Positions 21,892 through 30,361 are shown, numbered from the stretch's first letter. The stretch is DNA of 64,000 bases from Acetobacteraceae bacterium (GCA_033582875.1 JAVQZW010000005.1:5655-69654); one strand, 5' to 3'. Numbers and translations: made by a program. Notes: generated by a model from the letters alone, not told the origin.

Positions 21892-22607
21892 GGCTCGATC
21901 TACCGTCGCGCTTTGCGGGCATCCGCGTGGTCGGCGACGTGCACGGCGAGGCCGCGCCCTTCCGCGCCGCCGTGGAGGGAGCGCGGGCCGAGCGGCTCTT
22001 CGTTCTCCAGCTTGGCGACCTCACCGACTACGGCCCCGACTCCCCTGGCGTGCTCGCTCTGATGCTCGAGCTTCTCGAGCACGGCGAGGGGGTCGCGCTG
22101 CTCGGCAACCACGACCACAAGCTCGCCCGCGCGCTGGCCGGGCGCCCGGTACAGGTCGAGCCCGAGGGGCTGGGCCGCACGCTGGCGCAACTGGCCGTGC
22201 GGCCGGACCGCGAGGACCTGGTCGCGCGGACCCTGCAGGCGCTCGGCCGGGCGCCGCTTTGGCTTCTCTGGCGCGATTGCCTGTTCGTGCATGGCGGTTT
22301 CCACACCGACATGCTGACTCGCCCCTCGCCTGTCGGGGCTGAGGTCGGGCGGCCCGATGCGCTCGCCGCCCGCGCCCTCTTCGGGGAGACCGTGCGTGGC
22401 GAGGCGGATGCGCGCGGATTTCCCATCCGGCGCATCGACTGGGTGCACCGCATTCCGCCCGGCCTCACGGTCTATTGCGGACACGACAATCGTGGCATGC
22501 CCGATCGGCCTTATGTGATTGACGGCTGTCGCGGCGGGCGCGCGGTCTTCCTGGACACGGGAGCGGGCAAGGGGGGCGTGCTGACCTGGCTCGACCTTGC
22601 GGCCTGA
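21888..22607 (+). CDS. Calcineurin-like metallophosphoesterase (Pnkp phosphatase domain/PrpE/ApaH-like)
   Basis: VGDVHG, LGDLTDYGPDS, GNHDHKL, FVHGG, YCGHD, LDTGAGKGG.LT. GTGA overlap with the MFS gene. Confidence 0.85.
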   Translation: MRLDLPSRFAGIRVVGDVHGEAAPFRAAVEGARAERLFVLQLGDLTDYGPDSPGVLALMLELLEHGEGVALLGNHDHKLARALAGRPVQVEPEGLGRTLAQLAVRPDREDLVARTLQALGRAPLWLLWRDCLFVHGGFHTDMLTRPSPVGAEVGRPDALAARALFGETVRGEADARGFPIRRIDWVHRIPPGLTVYCGHDNRGMPDRPYVIDGCRGGRAVFLDTGAGKGGVLTWLDLAA

Positions 22608-22622
22608 TCGATCGGGGAACGC

Positions 22623-23159
22623 ATGCAACTCATCATCCTAGGGATTGCCGCGCTCCTTCTTCTCGCCGGTTGCGGAGGGGGCATGAAGGTCGAGAACTTC
22701 GCCGGGCGCACGCCCGAACTCAGGCTCGAGGAATATTTCGTCGGGAGGATCAAAGGCTCCGGCCTGTTCGAGGACCGCTTCGGCACGGTGCGGCGCACCT
22801 TCACGTTCGGCATGACCGGGCGGATGGACGGCAACACGCTGATCCTAGAGGAGGATTTCCTCTACAATGACGGCGAGCGGCAGCAGCGCGTCTGGCGCCT
22901 CACCCGCACCGGCGAAGGCGCTTGGGAGGGCCGCGCCGATGACGTGGTCGGCGTCGGCGTCGGCCGCGGCGCCGGCAATGCGTTCCAGCTTGCCTACACC
23001 TTGAAGCTGCCGGTGGGCGGTTCGGTGTGGGAGGTGCGGTTCGACGACTGGCTGTTCCGACTCGACGAGGAGACCGTGCTGAACCGGGCCAACGTGTATC
23101 GGTGGGGGATCTGGGTCGGGCAGGTCATCACGACGATGCGCAAGCTGCCCGAGGGCTGA
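22623..23159 (+). CDS. DUF3833 family lipoprotein (RSP_1088-like)
   Basis: Lipobox LLLAGC, LEEYF.G, EDFLY.DGE.Q.R.W, FDDW, VLNRA. Confidence 0.85.
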   Translation: MQLIILGIAALLLLAGCGGGMKVENFAGRTPELRLEEYFVGRIKGSGLFEDRFGTVRRTFTFGMTGRMDGNTLILEEDFLYNDGERQQRVWRLTRTGEGAWEGRADDVVGVGVGRGAGNAFQLAYTLKLPVGGSVWEVRFDDWLFRLDEETVLNRANVYRWGIWVGQVITTMRKLPEG

Positions 23160-23323
23160 GAGGCGCTTCCGCATCGGTCCCGTCCGCACCGCGAAGGGCA
23201 ACCCGGCCGGCCCGGGAGGAGCGCCTGTGAGCACGGGGCGGGTCAGGCGTTTCGTGGAGACGCGCGTTGAGGAGGGTGGCTTGAGGCTGCCGGCGCCGCG
23301 GCGGCCGAGGCCGCGATCGCCGT

Positions 23324-23371
23324 GTCCAGCCGAGGGGAGCGAGACGGAGATCACCTCGTCCAGCCGAGGGG
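23324..23371. repeat. Direct repeat GTCCAGCCGAGGGG (14 bp, 34-bp period)
   Basis: Exact copies at 23324-23337 and 23358-23371. Confidence 0.7.
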
Positions 23372-23516
23372 GGCAAAGAGAGGGAAGGCAGGGTCTCGGC
23401 TCCTTCGCGTTCCCGGCAGTCGCAAAGCGGTTTCGACGGGACCCGGAACAGCCGAGGTCGTGCCCTGAGAGCCTCTTCCCGCACGCGGCTCATGTCGGCC
23501 GACGTGCGAGTCTCTC

Positions 23517-23825
23517 CTAGCTTGCGGTTTCCAGCAGCAGAGGCTCGGCCCGCGCCGCACTTCGCTCGCGCGCGTAGGCTTGCAGGACCCGTTCGGGCGG
23601 GATGGTGCGCGCCACCTCGCCGCGCTTGTCGAAGAACTCCAGGACCAGAAGGCCCGCCTCAGGGTCGAAGCGCAACGACGGGTTCAGAAGCGGCGGCGGC
23701 AAGCCAGACACGGAGGCCGGGCCGCCGCGCGGCGGTGCGTCGATTCCGCCCGCCGGAGTTGGTCCGCTCCGCCATGCCGCGAGCGCTGATGCCGCTTCCA
23801 GGGCACTCGCACTCGATGCGATCAT
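23517..23825 (-). CDS. Small FlaG-like hypothetical protein
   Basis: GGAGG RBS before the ATG. LRFDPEAGLLVLEFFDKRGEVARTIPPERVL resembles the FlaG core (..GEVIRQIPPEE.L). Confidence 0.65.
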   Translation of the reverse strand: MIASSASALEAASALAAWRSGPTPAGGIDAPPRGGPASVSGLPPPLLNPSLRFDPEAGLLVLEFFDKRGEVARTIPPERVLQAYARERSAARAEPLLLETAS

Positions 23826-23984
23826 CGCTTGGCCCTCCTGCCGCGGCCGGCAACGCCTTCTTCGCTGCCGATCACGGCCGCTGTCCTTCGCAGGCGGCCC
23901 GCCGAGAGGGACCCACCCGATGGGCCGGAAGCCGCGCGCGAACCCACCTGCGAAGGCTCACAGCGCATCGTTAAACGAAGGTGG

Positions 23985-24000
23985 TTAACAGGAGGTTAAC
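23985..24000. promoter_or_regulatory. CtrA-binding box TTAA-N7-TTAAC
   Basis: TTAAcaggaggTTAAC matches on both strands, with an extra TTAA at 23971-23974. It lies about 160 bp upstream of the FlaG-like gene. Confidence 0.7.
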
Positions 24001-24009
24001 GCAGCGGGG

Positions 24010-24816
24010 CTAGCGCCGACCCGTCACCCGTCCCACGAGCGGAAAGTAGAGCGCGTAAGGAAGGACCCGCATCGTCTTCAGGATGGCGACGAAACGCCAC
24101 GGGAAGGCGACCTCGAACCGCCCGCGCGCCAGCCCTTCCGCGATCCGCTCCGCCGCCCGCTCCACCGGCATCAGGAACGGCATCGGGAAGTCGTTCTTGT
24201 CCGTCAGCGGCGTCTTCACGAACCCCGGGTTGACCAGGGTGATCATCACCCCCGCCCGGTCGAGGTCGAACTTCAGGCTCTCGCTCATCGCAATCAGCGC
24301 GGCCTTGGTCGCGCCATAGGCGATCGCGCGCGGCAGTCCGCGGTAGCCCGCGACGGACGACACAATGCCGATCTGGCCACACCGGCGCGCGATCATCGCC
24401 GGCATCACCGCGGCGAGCGCGTTTGCGGTCCCAAGCAGGTTCACCTTCACCTGCAGGGCGAAAGAGGCGAGGTCGAAACGCTCGGCACTGTCCGGCAGGT
24501 AGGTGCCGGCGTTCAGCACGGCGAGCGCGATCGGCCGCCCGGCCCGCCCCTCCACCTCCCGCACCGCTTGGGCCAAGGCCTCCGCCTCGGTCACGTCCGC
24601 CGGGGCGGGCAGGATCCGCCCGCTGGGGACTTCGCCCGCGAGCCGTGCCAGTTCCTCCGCCCGCCGCGCGGTGACCGCCACCGTCCAGCCGCGACGGACG
24701 AGCTCCACCGCCAGTTGCCGGCCGATCCCGGACGAGGCGCCCGTGATCCAAGCAAGGCCATCCTCGGGCCGCGCCGGTCTCGGCCGCTGGCCCAACCCAC
24801 CTCGCCCGTCAGCCAC
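24010..24816 (-). CDS. Short-chain dehydrogenase/reductase (RSP_1087-like)
   Basis: WITGASSGIG, LNAG, SSVAG, YGATK, PGFVKTPLTDKNDFPMPF. Confidence 0.9.
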   Translation of the reverse strand: MADGRGGLGQRPRPARPEDGLAWITGASSGIGRQLAVELVRRGWTVAVTARRAEELARLAGEVPSGRILPAPADVTEAEALAQAVREVEGRAGRPIALAVLNAGTYLPDSAERFDLASFALQVKVNLLGTANALAAVMPAMIARRCGQIGIVSSVAGYRGLPRAIAYGATKAALIAMSESLKFDLDRAGVMITLVNPGFVKTPLTDKNDFPMPFLMPVERAAERIAEGLARGRFEVAFPWRFVAILKTMRVLPYALYFPLVGRVTGRR

Positions 24817-24954
24817 GCCGCCACCTCGTCGCGATCATCGTGTCACGATCTCCCTCCCCTGTCTGTGCACCATGCCCTTGGCCGCGACGGCGTCGATCGC
24901 CGGATCCCTCACCGCGGCGGAACAAGTGTGGCGCAAGGTGAGGCGCAGCAGCCC

Positions 24955-26520
24955 TCACGCCGCGCGCTCTGCTGGAGGTGCGGCGCGCCGCGGTGCGACG
25001 CGGTCGAGGAACGCCGCGGCTTCGCTGCGCATCGCCGCCACCTTGGCGGGATCCATCCGGTCGAGCGTGCGGTACATCTGGGCCATGCGCGGATTGCCTT
25101 CGAAGCGCGCGCGGTGGCGGGCGAGGAAATCCCAGTAGAGCATGTTGAAGGGACAGGCGCCTTCCCCGGTCGTGCGCTCGACATCGTACCGGCAGCCCGT
25201 GCAGTAGTCGCTCATGCGCGCGATGTACTTGCCCGAGGCGGCGTAGGGCTTGGAGGCCATGATGCCGCCGTCGGCGTGGATCGCCATGCCGTGGGTGTTG
25301 GGCAGTTCCACCCACTCGAACGCGTCAGCGTAGACCACCATGTACCATTCGTTCACCTCCGTCGGGTCGACCCCGGCGAGCAGGGCGAAGTTGCCGGTCA
25401 CCATCAGGCGCTGGATGTGATGGGCGTAGGCGAGCTCGTGCGTCTGGCGCACCACCGAGTCGATGCACGCCATGCCGGACTGGCCGGTCCAGTAGAACGC
25501 GGGCAGGGAACGATCCGCTGCCAGCACGTTCAACGTCTTGTAGCGCGGCATCGCCAGCCAGTAGAGGCCGCGCACATACTCGCGCCAGCCGAGGATCTGG
25601 CGGATGAAGCCCTCGACCGCATTCAAGGGTGCCCGGCCGGCGCGCCAGGCGGCCTCGGCCCGGCGGCACACCTCGCCGGGCAGCAGAAGCCCCAGGTTGA
25701 GCGAGGTCGACAAGAGCGAGTGGAACAGGGTCGCCTCGCCGCGCGCCATCGCGTCCTGGTAGTCGCCGAAGCACGCGAGGCGTTCGGCGATGAAGCGCTC
25801 GAGCGCGGCCTCCGCCTCGCGCGCCGTCACCGGCCAGGCGAAGGTGTCGATCCGGCCCCAGTGAGCCGGGAAACGCTCCGCCACCAGAGCCATCACCTCG
25901 CGGGTGATCGCATCGGGTTGTGAACGATACGGTGCGGGAACAGCGAGGTCGCGCGGGAGACGCTTGCGGTTCTCGGCATCGAAGTTCCAACGCCCGCCGG
26001 CGGGCTCGTCGCCCTCCATCAGGATGCCGGTGCGGCGGCGCATCTCGCGGTAGAAGAACTCCATGCGCAGGCTGCGCCGCCCCTTCGCCCAGGCCCGGAA
26101 CCAGTCGAGCGGGCAAAGGAAGCGCCCGTCCTCGCGGATCTCGACCGGCACCCCCGTCCGCTCCTCCCAGCCGCGCATGTCCTCGAGCACGCGCCACTCG
26201 CCCGGATGGGTGGCGATGATCCGCGCTGGGCGATGGCGTTCGACCGCGCGGGCCACCTCGCCGGCGAGCGTGCCGGTGTTGGCCGGATCGTCGAGCCGAA
26301 CGTAATCCACCCGCACACCGCGCGAGGCGAGGGCGCGGGCGAAATGGCGCATGGCGGAAAGAACGAGCACGATCTTCTGCGGGTGGTGGCGCACATAAGT
26401 GCACTCGCCCATCACCTCCGCCATCAGCACGACGTCGCGCCCAGGGTCGAGCCCCGCGAGCGAGGCGATGCTGCGCGAGCACTGGTCGCCGAGCACGACC
26501 CGGAGCGCGCCGCCCGCCAT
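24955..26520 (-). CDS. FeS-BCP cryptochrome/(6-4) photolyase (PhrB/CryB family)
   Basis: LGDQ, HHPQKI, WNFDAENRK, YAHHIQRLM.TGNF, SKPYAASG, Fe-S cysteines GMAC / DYCTGC / CPF. Confidence 0.93.
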   Translation of the reverse strand: MAGGALRVVLGDQCSRSIASLAGLDPGRDVVLMAEVMGECTYVRHHPQKIVLVLSAMRHFARALASRGVRVDYVRLDDPANTGTLAGEVARAVERHRPARIIATHPGEWRVLEDMRGWEERTGVPVEIREDGRFLCPLDWFRAWAKGRRSLRMEFFYREMRRRTGILMEGDEPAGGRWNFDAENRKRLPRDLAVPAPYRSQPDAITREVMALVAERFPAHWGRIDTFAWPVTAREAEAALERFIAERLACFGDYQDAMARGEATLFHSLLSTSLNLGLLLPGEVCRRAEAAWRAGRAPLNAVEGFIRQILGWREYVRGLYWLAMPRYKTLNVLAADRSLPAFYWTGQSGMACIDSVVRQTHELAYAHHIQRLMVTGNFALLAGVDPTEVNEWYMVVYADAFEWVELPNTHGMAIHADGGIMASKPYAASGKYIARMSDYCTGCRYDVERTTGEGACPFNMLYWDFLARHRARFEGNPRMAQMYRTLDRMDPAKVAAMRSEAAAFLDRVAPRRAAPPAERAA

Positions 26521-26555
26521 CTCCGCCACGCTCGCCGCCCCCTGCGCGCCTGCCG

Positions 26556-27203
26556 TCAGCTCCGCACGTAGCGGATGGTCGAGCCGTCCTCGCCGGTGAA
26601 GAGCAGCCCCGACCAGACGCCCTCAGCGTCGTACCAGATGTCGAGGGTGAGATCGCCGCTGACCCGGAAGCGCCGCGCCGGGCGCATCGCCGCGCCGACC
26701 GGAACGATCTCCTCCTCCACGGGCTCGATCCGGGTGGAGAGGAGCCGCCCGCCCTGGGTGTCGATCACCGGCGAGCGGAGGAAGCGCGCGTGCCAGTACG
26801 AGGTTGAGGTGGCGTCACGCGGGGCGCGGTAGGCGCCGGACTGCGAGCCCTCGACCTCGATCGCGCCCGCAACCGCCCGCGCGCGCACCCAGTAGGGCCG
26901 GCCGTTGCGGTCGGTTTCGCTGTCGATGGCAAGGAGGCGGTCCCGCTCCCAGACCTCCGTGTTGCGATGCCGGTAGCGGTAGGCGACGAGGCCGAGGAAC
27001 CGCACCGCGAGGTCGATCGCGATCCGCACCTCCACCCGCTCGGCCTGCGGCGTGAACTCGAGCACATGCGTGCCGATCGGGGCATCGTTGCGCATGACCC
27101 GGAAAGCGAGCCGGTTGCCGGGCGGAACGGCACCCCAGGACGGGATGGCCGGAAACGGAGCGAAGGCGGGAAGGGCGAGAAGAAGCGGGCGTCGTCCGAT
27201 CAT
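26556..27203 (-). CDS. Exported protein, DUF6134-like, twin-Arg signal
   Basis: MIGRRPLLL signal, IGTH, YRYRH...E.W, TSYW, IWYD..G.W..L.F..DGS.I.Y. ATGA overlap with the upstream SDR. Confidence 0.7.
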   Translation of the reverse strand: MIGRRPLLLALPAFAPFPAIPSWGAVPPGNRLAFRVMRNDAPIGTHVLEFTPQAERVEVRIAIDLAVRFLGLVAYRYRHRNTEVWERDRLLAIDSETDRNGRPYWVRARAVAGAIEVEGSQSGAYRAPRDATSTSYWHARFLRSPVIDTQGGRLLSTRIEPVEEEIVPVGAAMRPARRFRVSGDLTLDIWYDAEGVWSGLLFTGEDGSTIRYVRS

Positions 27204-27928
27204 GACTTGGTCCTCACCGTGGAGCGGCCACCGTCGACCGCGAACACCTGGCCGGTGATCCACGACGCCTCGGGCGAGAGGAGGAAGGCGGCGAGCGCAG
27301 CGGCATCCTCCGCCTCGCCGAGCCGGGGAATGGGGTGCTGGGCGGCGATCGCCTTCGCGAGCGCGTCGTTCTCGGTCAAGGGCTTGGCCATGCCGGTGCG
27401 GGTCAGCGAGGGGGCGATCGCATTCACCCGCACCTGGGGGGCGAGTTCGGCGGCGAGCGCCACCGCAAGCCCCTCGACCGCCGCCTTCACCGGCCCGATG
27501 ACGGTGTGATTGGCGAAACCGGCCCGCGCGGCGACGGAGCCGAACAGCACCACCGCCCCCTCGCCGGCCTTCAGCGCCGTCGCGGCGAGCGCGACCGCGC
27601 GCGCCGCGGCCGCCACGTTCAGCCGGTACGCAGCGAGGTGATCCTCGACGGTGGCGCGCGCGAGCGGCTTCAGCACGATCGAGCCCACGCAGAACGCAAG
27701 CCCGGCGAGCGTGCCTGAGCTTGCCGCCTCGGCCACGGCACGGGCGAGAGCCGTCTCGTCACAGACGTCGGCAACCGTCGCCGGAGCGCCGAGTTCCGCG
27801 GCAAGCGCGGCGAGACGGTCCGGATCGCGACCGGACAGATGCACGGCTCGCCCCTCCCGCACGAGCCGCCGCGCGAGAGCCCCGCCGATGCCTCCCGTCG
27901 CGCCGAACACCAGCACGCGCGCGGCCAT
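27200..27928 (-). CDS. SDR family oxidoreductase, atypical active site
   Basis: GATGGIG, VRVNAIAPSLT, WITGQ..VDGG. NHTVIGPVK stands where YxxxK is expected. Confidence 0.88.
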   Translation of the reverse strand: MAARVLVFGATGGIGGALARRLVREGRAVHLSGRDPDRLAALAAELGAPATVADVCDETALARAVAEAASSGTLAGLAFCVGSIVLKPLARATVEDHLAAYRLNVAAAARAVALAATALKAGEGAVVLFGSVAARAGFANHTVIGPVKAAVEGLAVALAAELAPQVRVNAIAPSLTRTGMAKPLTENDALAKAIAAQHPIPRLGEAEDAAALAAFLLSPEASWITGQVFAVDGGRSTVRTKS

Positions 27929-28101
27929 GCTGTCCCATCATCCCCCGTTCGGTCGACCACCAACATGCTCCGTTACATGGGCTACTGGCGGTGGGCAGCG
28001 ACCGCAGCCCCACAGAGGTGTGATGCGCCCCGGCGGGGCAGACGCGAGGGCGATTCCGTGCCAAGGTAACGGAGGGGTCCCGTCAAGCCGCGCCCGAATC
28101 G

Positions 28102-28636
28102 ATGCGTCAGCTTCTGCTCCTCCGCCACGCCAAGTCGTCCTGGGACGACCCATCGCTTCCGGATCACGACCGGCCGCTTGCGCCGCGGGGACAGGCCGAT
28201 GCGTCCGCCATGGGGGCGGAGATGCGGGCCCTCGGTCTTGATCCCGACATCGTCCTTGTCTCCACCGCGCGGCGGACGCGCGAGACGCTTGCCCTGATCG
28301 AGCCATTCGAGGAGGCGCCCGTGATCGACGCGGTGGAGTCGCTCTACTTGGCGTCCGACCAGCGAATTCTCGATCTGTTGCACGCGGTGCCGGAGACGGC
28401 CCGCAGCGTGCTCGTCATCGGCCACAACCCGGGGCTGCACAACCTCGCCCTAGCCCTGATCGGCCCGGCCGCGATGGCCCGGCGCGAGCCCGATGCGCTG
28501 AGGCTCGCCGAAAAGTTTCCGACCGCCGCCCTGGCCGAGTTCGCCATCGCGACACCCTGGTGGGGGCTCGAACCTGGCGGGGCCGAGACTCGTTCGCTTC
28601 CTGTGTCCGCGCGACCTCCGCCAGCACGCCTCCTGA
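28102..28636 (+). CDS. sixA: SixA-like histidine phosphatase (frameshift ~28584)
   Basis: LLRHAKS, DHDRPL, STARRTRET, IGHNPG, FPTAA. The natural end RLVRFLCPRDLRQHAS* is in the shifted frame. Confidence 0.85.
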
Positions 28637-28662
28637 CCCGGATTTCACCGGAGGGCGAGACG

Positions 28663-30231
28663 CTGCCCGTCGCCCGCCTCGCCAGCGGGGCGGACCCCGA
28701 GGAGGTGTTCGAGTTCCGTCTCGACCCAGCCGCCGTGCCCGCTCTCCTGCGGCATCCGGCGATCGCGGCCCGGCGCGAGGGGCGGGCGCGGTCGTCAGCG
28801 GTCAGCCTTCTGTACCATGACGCTGCCGACGGGCGTCTCGCCGAAGAAGGGTTTCTCGTGGTGCTGGAAACCCGCGGCCGAAGCCGCCTCGAGCGTCTGG
28901 AGCGGATCTTGCCGGCCCATGGCGATCGCCTTGATCCCTCCCGGCCGCTGCCCGTGCTCGCCGAAGTGCCCTCCGTGGGGCCGATCGGGACGGCGGTCCT
29001 CGCCAAGGCGGCCCCGGCCGGCGTCGCGCCGGCCCCCCTCGCCGCCCTTGCGGCCGCGGTCGGTCGGCGGAGCGACCTCCGGCTTGGTGGTCCCGCTCCG
29101 TGCACCCTGACCGTGTATTGTGGTCACCTAAGGACTCTCGCGGCCGAGCGCCCCTTCGCGCTTCTGAGGCTGAGTGCCCCTGTCTCGGCCCGGGCCGAAG
29201 TCGCCCAGCTCGTGCGGGCGCTGGCGGAAACCCTGCCCCTTGCCGTGCCCCATGTCAGCCTCGGCGAGGAGGCGCGCGCCCTCGCCCTCGGCCTTCCCAC
29301 CCGGCCCCTGCGACGCGGCGCGCCTGATCTCGGCAACGCCGAGACAGTGGAGGATGGGGCGATCCGTGCCATCGGCCATCTCGCCCTTGCGCTTGCCGGT
29401 GCTGCTCCGATCGCGGCCGAAGGCCAGGACCCGGAGGGCGTGCACCAGTCACGCGTCGCGATCCGACGGCTGAGGTCGGTGCTGACCGTGTTCAAGGCTG
29501 CGATCTCCTGCCCGGCCATGGACGACCTCAAGGCGCGTGCGGGCGAAATCGCCCGCACCCTCGGCCCCGCCCGGGACTGGGACGTGTTCCTGACCGAGAC
29601 CTTCGCCCCGGTGCAGCAGGCCTTCGCGGAGCGGCCCGACATCGCCGCCTTGGGCAAGGCGTCGCTGAAGGCGCGAGCCGAGGCGTATCGCGACGTGCGG
29701 GCGCTCATCGAGGGCCCGGCCTTTCGTCTCTTCCTGCTCGACGTCGCGCTCGCCTTGGCGGAGCGACCGTGGCGGTCAGTCGCGGAGGAGGGCGACGTCG
29801 AGAGGCGGAGGGCCGAGCTTCTCGATGCCCCGCTCGAGGCCTTCGCCGGCGCTGCGCTGGAGAAGCGCTACAAGCGGATCCGTCGTGACGGCGAGGGATT
29901 CGCCGCTCTCGACATTCCCGCTCTCCACGCCTTGCGGATCGACGCCAAGCGGCTGCGCTACGCGGGAGAGCTCTTCGCCCCGCTCCACGGCGAGAAGAAG
30001 TCCCGGCGTTTCCTCAAGGCGCTCGCCGCTTTGCAGGATGCGCTCGGCCGCCTGAACGACGGCGCGGTCGCCGGCGCACTGCTGGAAAAGGTTGCGGGAC
30101 GGGATGCCGGGCGGGCGCGCGCGGTCGGCGTGGTCGAGGGCTGGGTCGCGCGCGGGGCGGCGACGGCGCGTATGGACGCGGCGGAAGCCTGGGAGGAGTT
30201 CCTCGACCGCGCTCCGTTCTGGCGCGAGTAG
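28663..30231 (+). CDS. CHAD domain protein with degenerate N-terminal CYTH-like domain
   Basis: GVHQSRVAIRRLRS, LGPARDWDV, LHALRIDAKRLRY, LQDALGRLND. Start uncertain (CTG 28663 after GGAGG). Confidence 0.82.
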   Translation: MPVARLASGADPEEVFEFRLDPAAVPALLRHPAIAARREGRARSSAVSLLYHDAADGRLAEEGFLVVLETRGRSRLERLERILPAHGDRLDPSRPLPVLAEVPSVGPIGTAVLAKAAPAGVAPAPLAALAAAVGRRSDLRLGGPAPCTLTVYCGHLRTLAAERPFALLRLSAPVSARAEVAQLVRALAETLPLAVPHVSLGEEARALALGLPTRPLRRGAPDLGNAETVEDGAIRAIGHLALALAGAAPIAAEGQDPEGVHQSRVAIRRLRSVLTVFKAAISCPAMDDLKARAGEIARTLGPARDWDVFLTETFAPVQQAFAERPDIAALGKASLKARAEAYRDVRALIEGPAFRLFLLDVALALAERPWRSVAEEGDVERRRAELLDAPLEAFAGAALEKRYKRIRRDGEGFAALDIPALHALRIDAKRLRYAGELFAPLHGEKKSRRFLKALAALQDALGRLNDGAVAGALLEKVAGRDAGRARAVGVVEGWVARGAATARMDAAEAWEEFLDRAPFWRE

Positions 30232-30361
30232 ACGGGTGCCGCGCGGCTTGAGACGGTCCCGGTCGCTCGCTGCCAGTCGCGTTGACGCGCACGGGAAGCC
30301 CCGGCCCTCGCCGGTCGGTTCGCCGGGGCGTTCCGCTCGAAAACGCGAAAGCGACGACCCG

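Noticed and set aside
28102-30231. 709-aa SixA-CYTH-CHAD fusion protein in the ORF track
   Set aside because: The natural SixA ending RLVRFLCPRDLRQHAS* lies in the shifted frame after about 28584, followed by an RBS. The fusion is best explained by a one-base insertion error.
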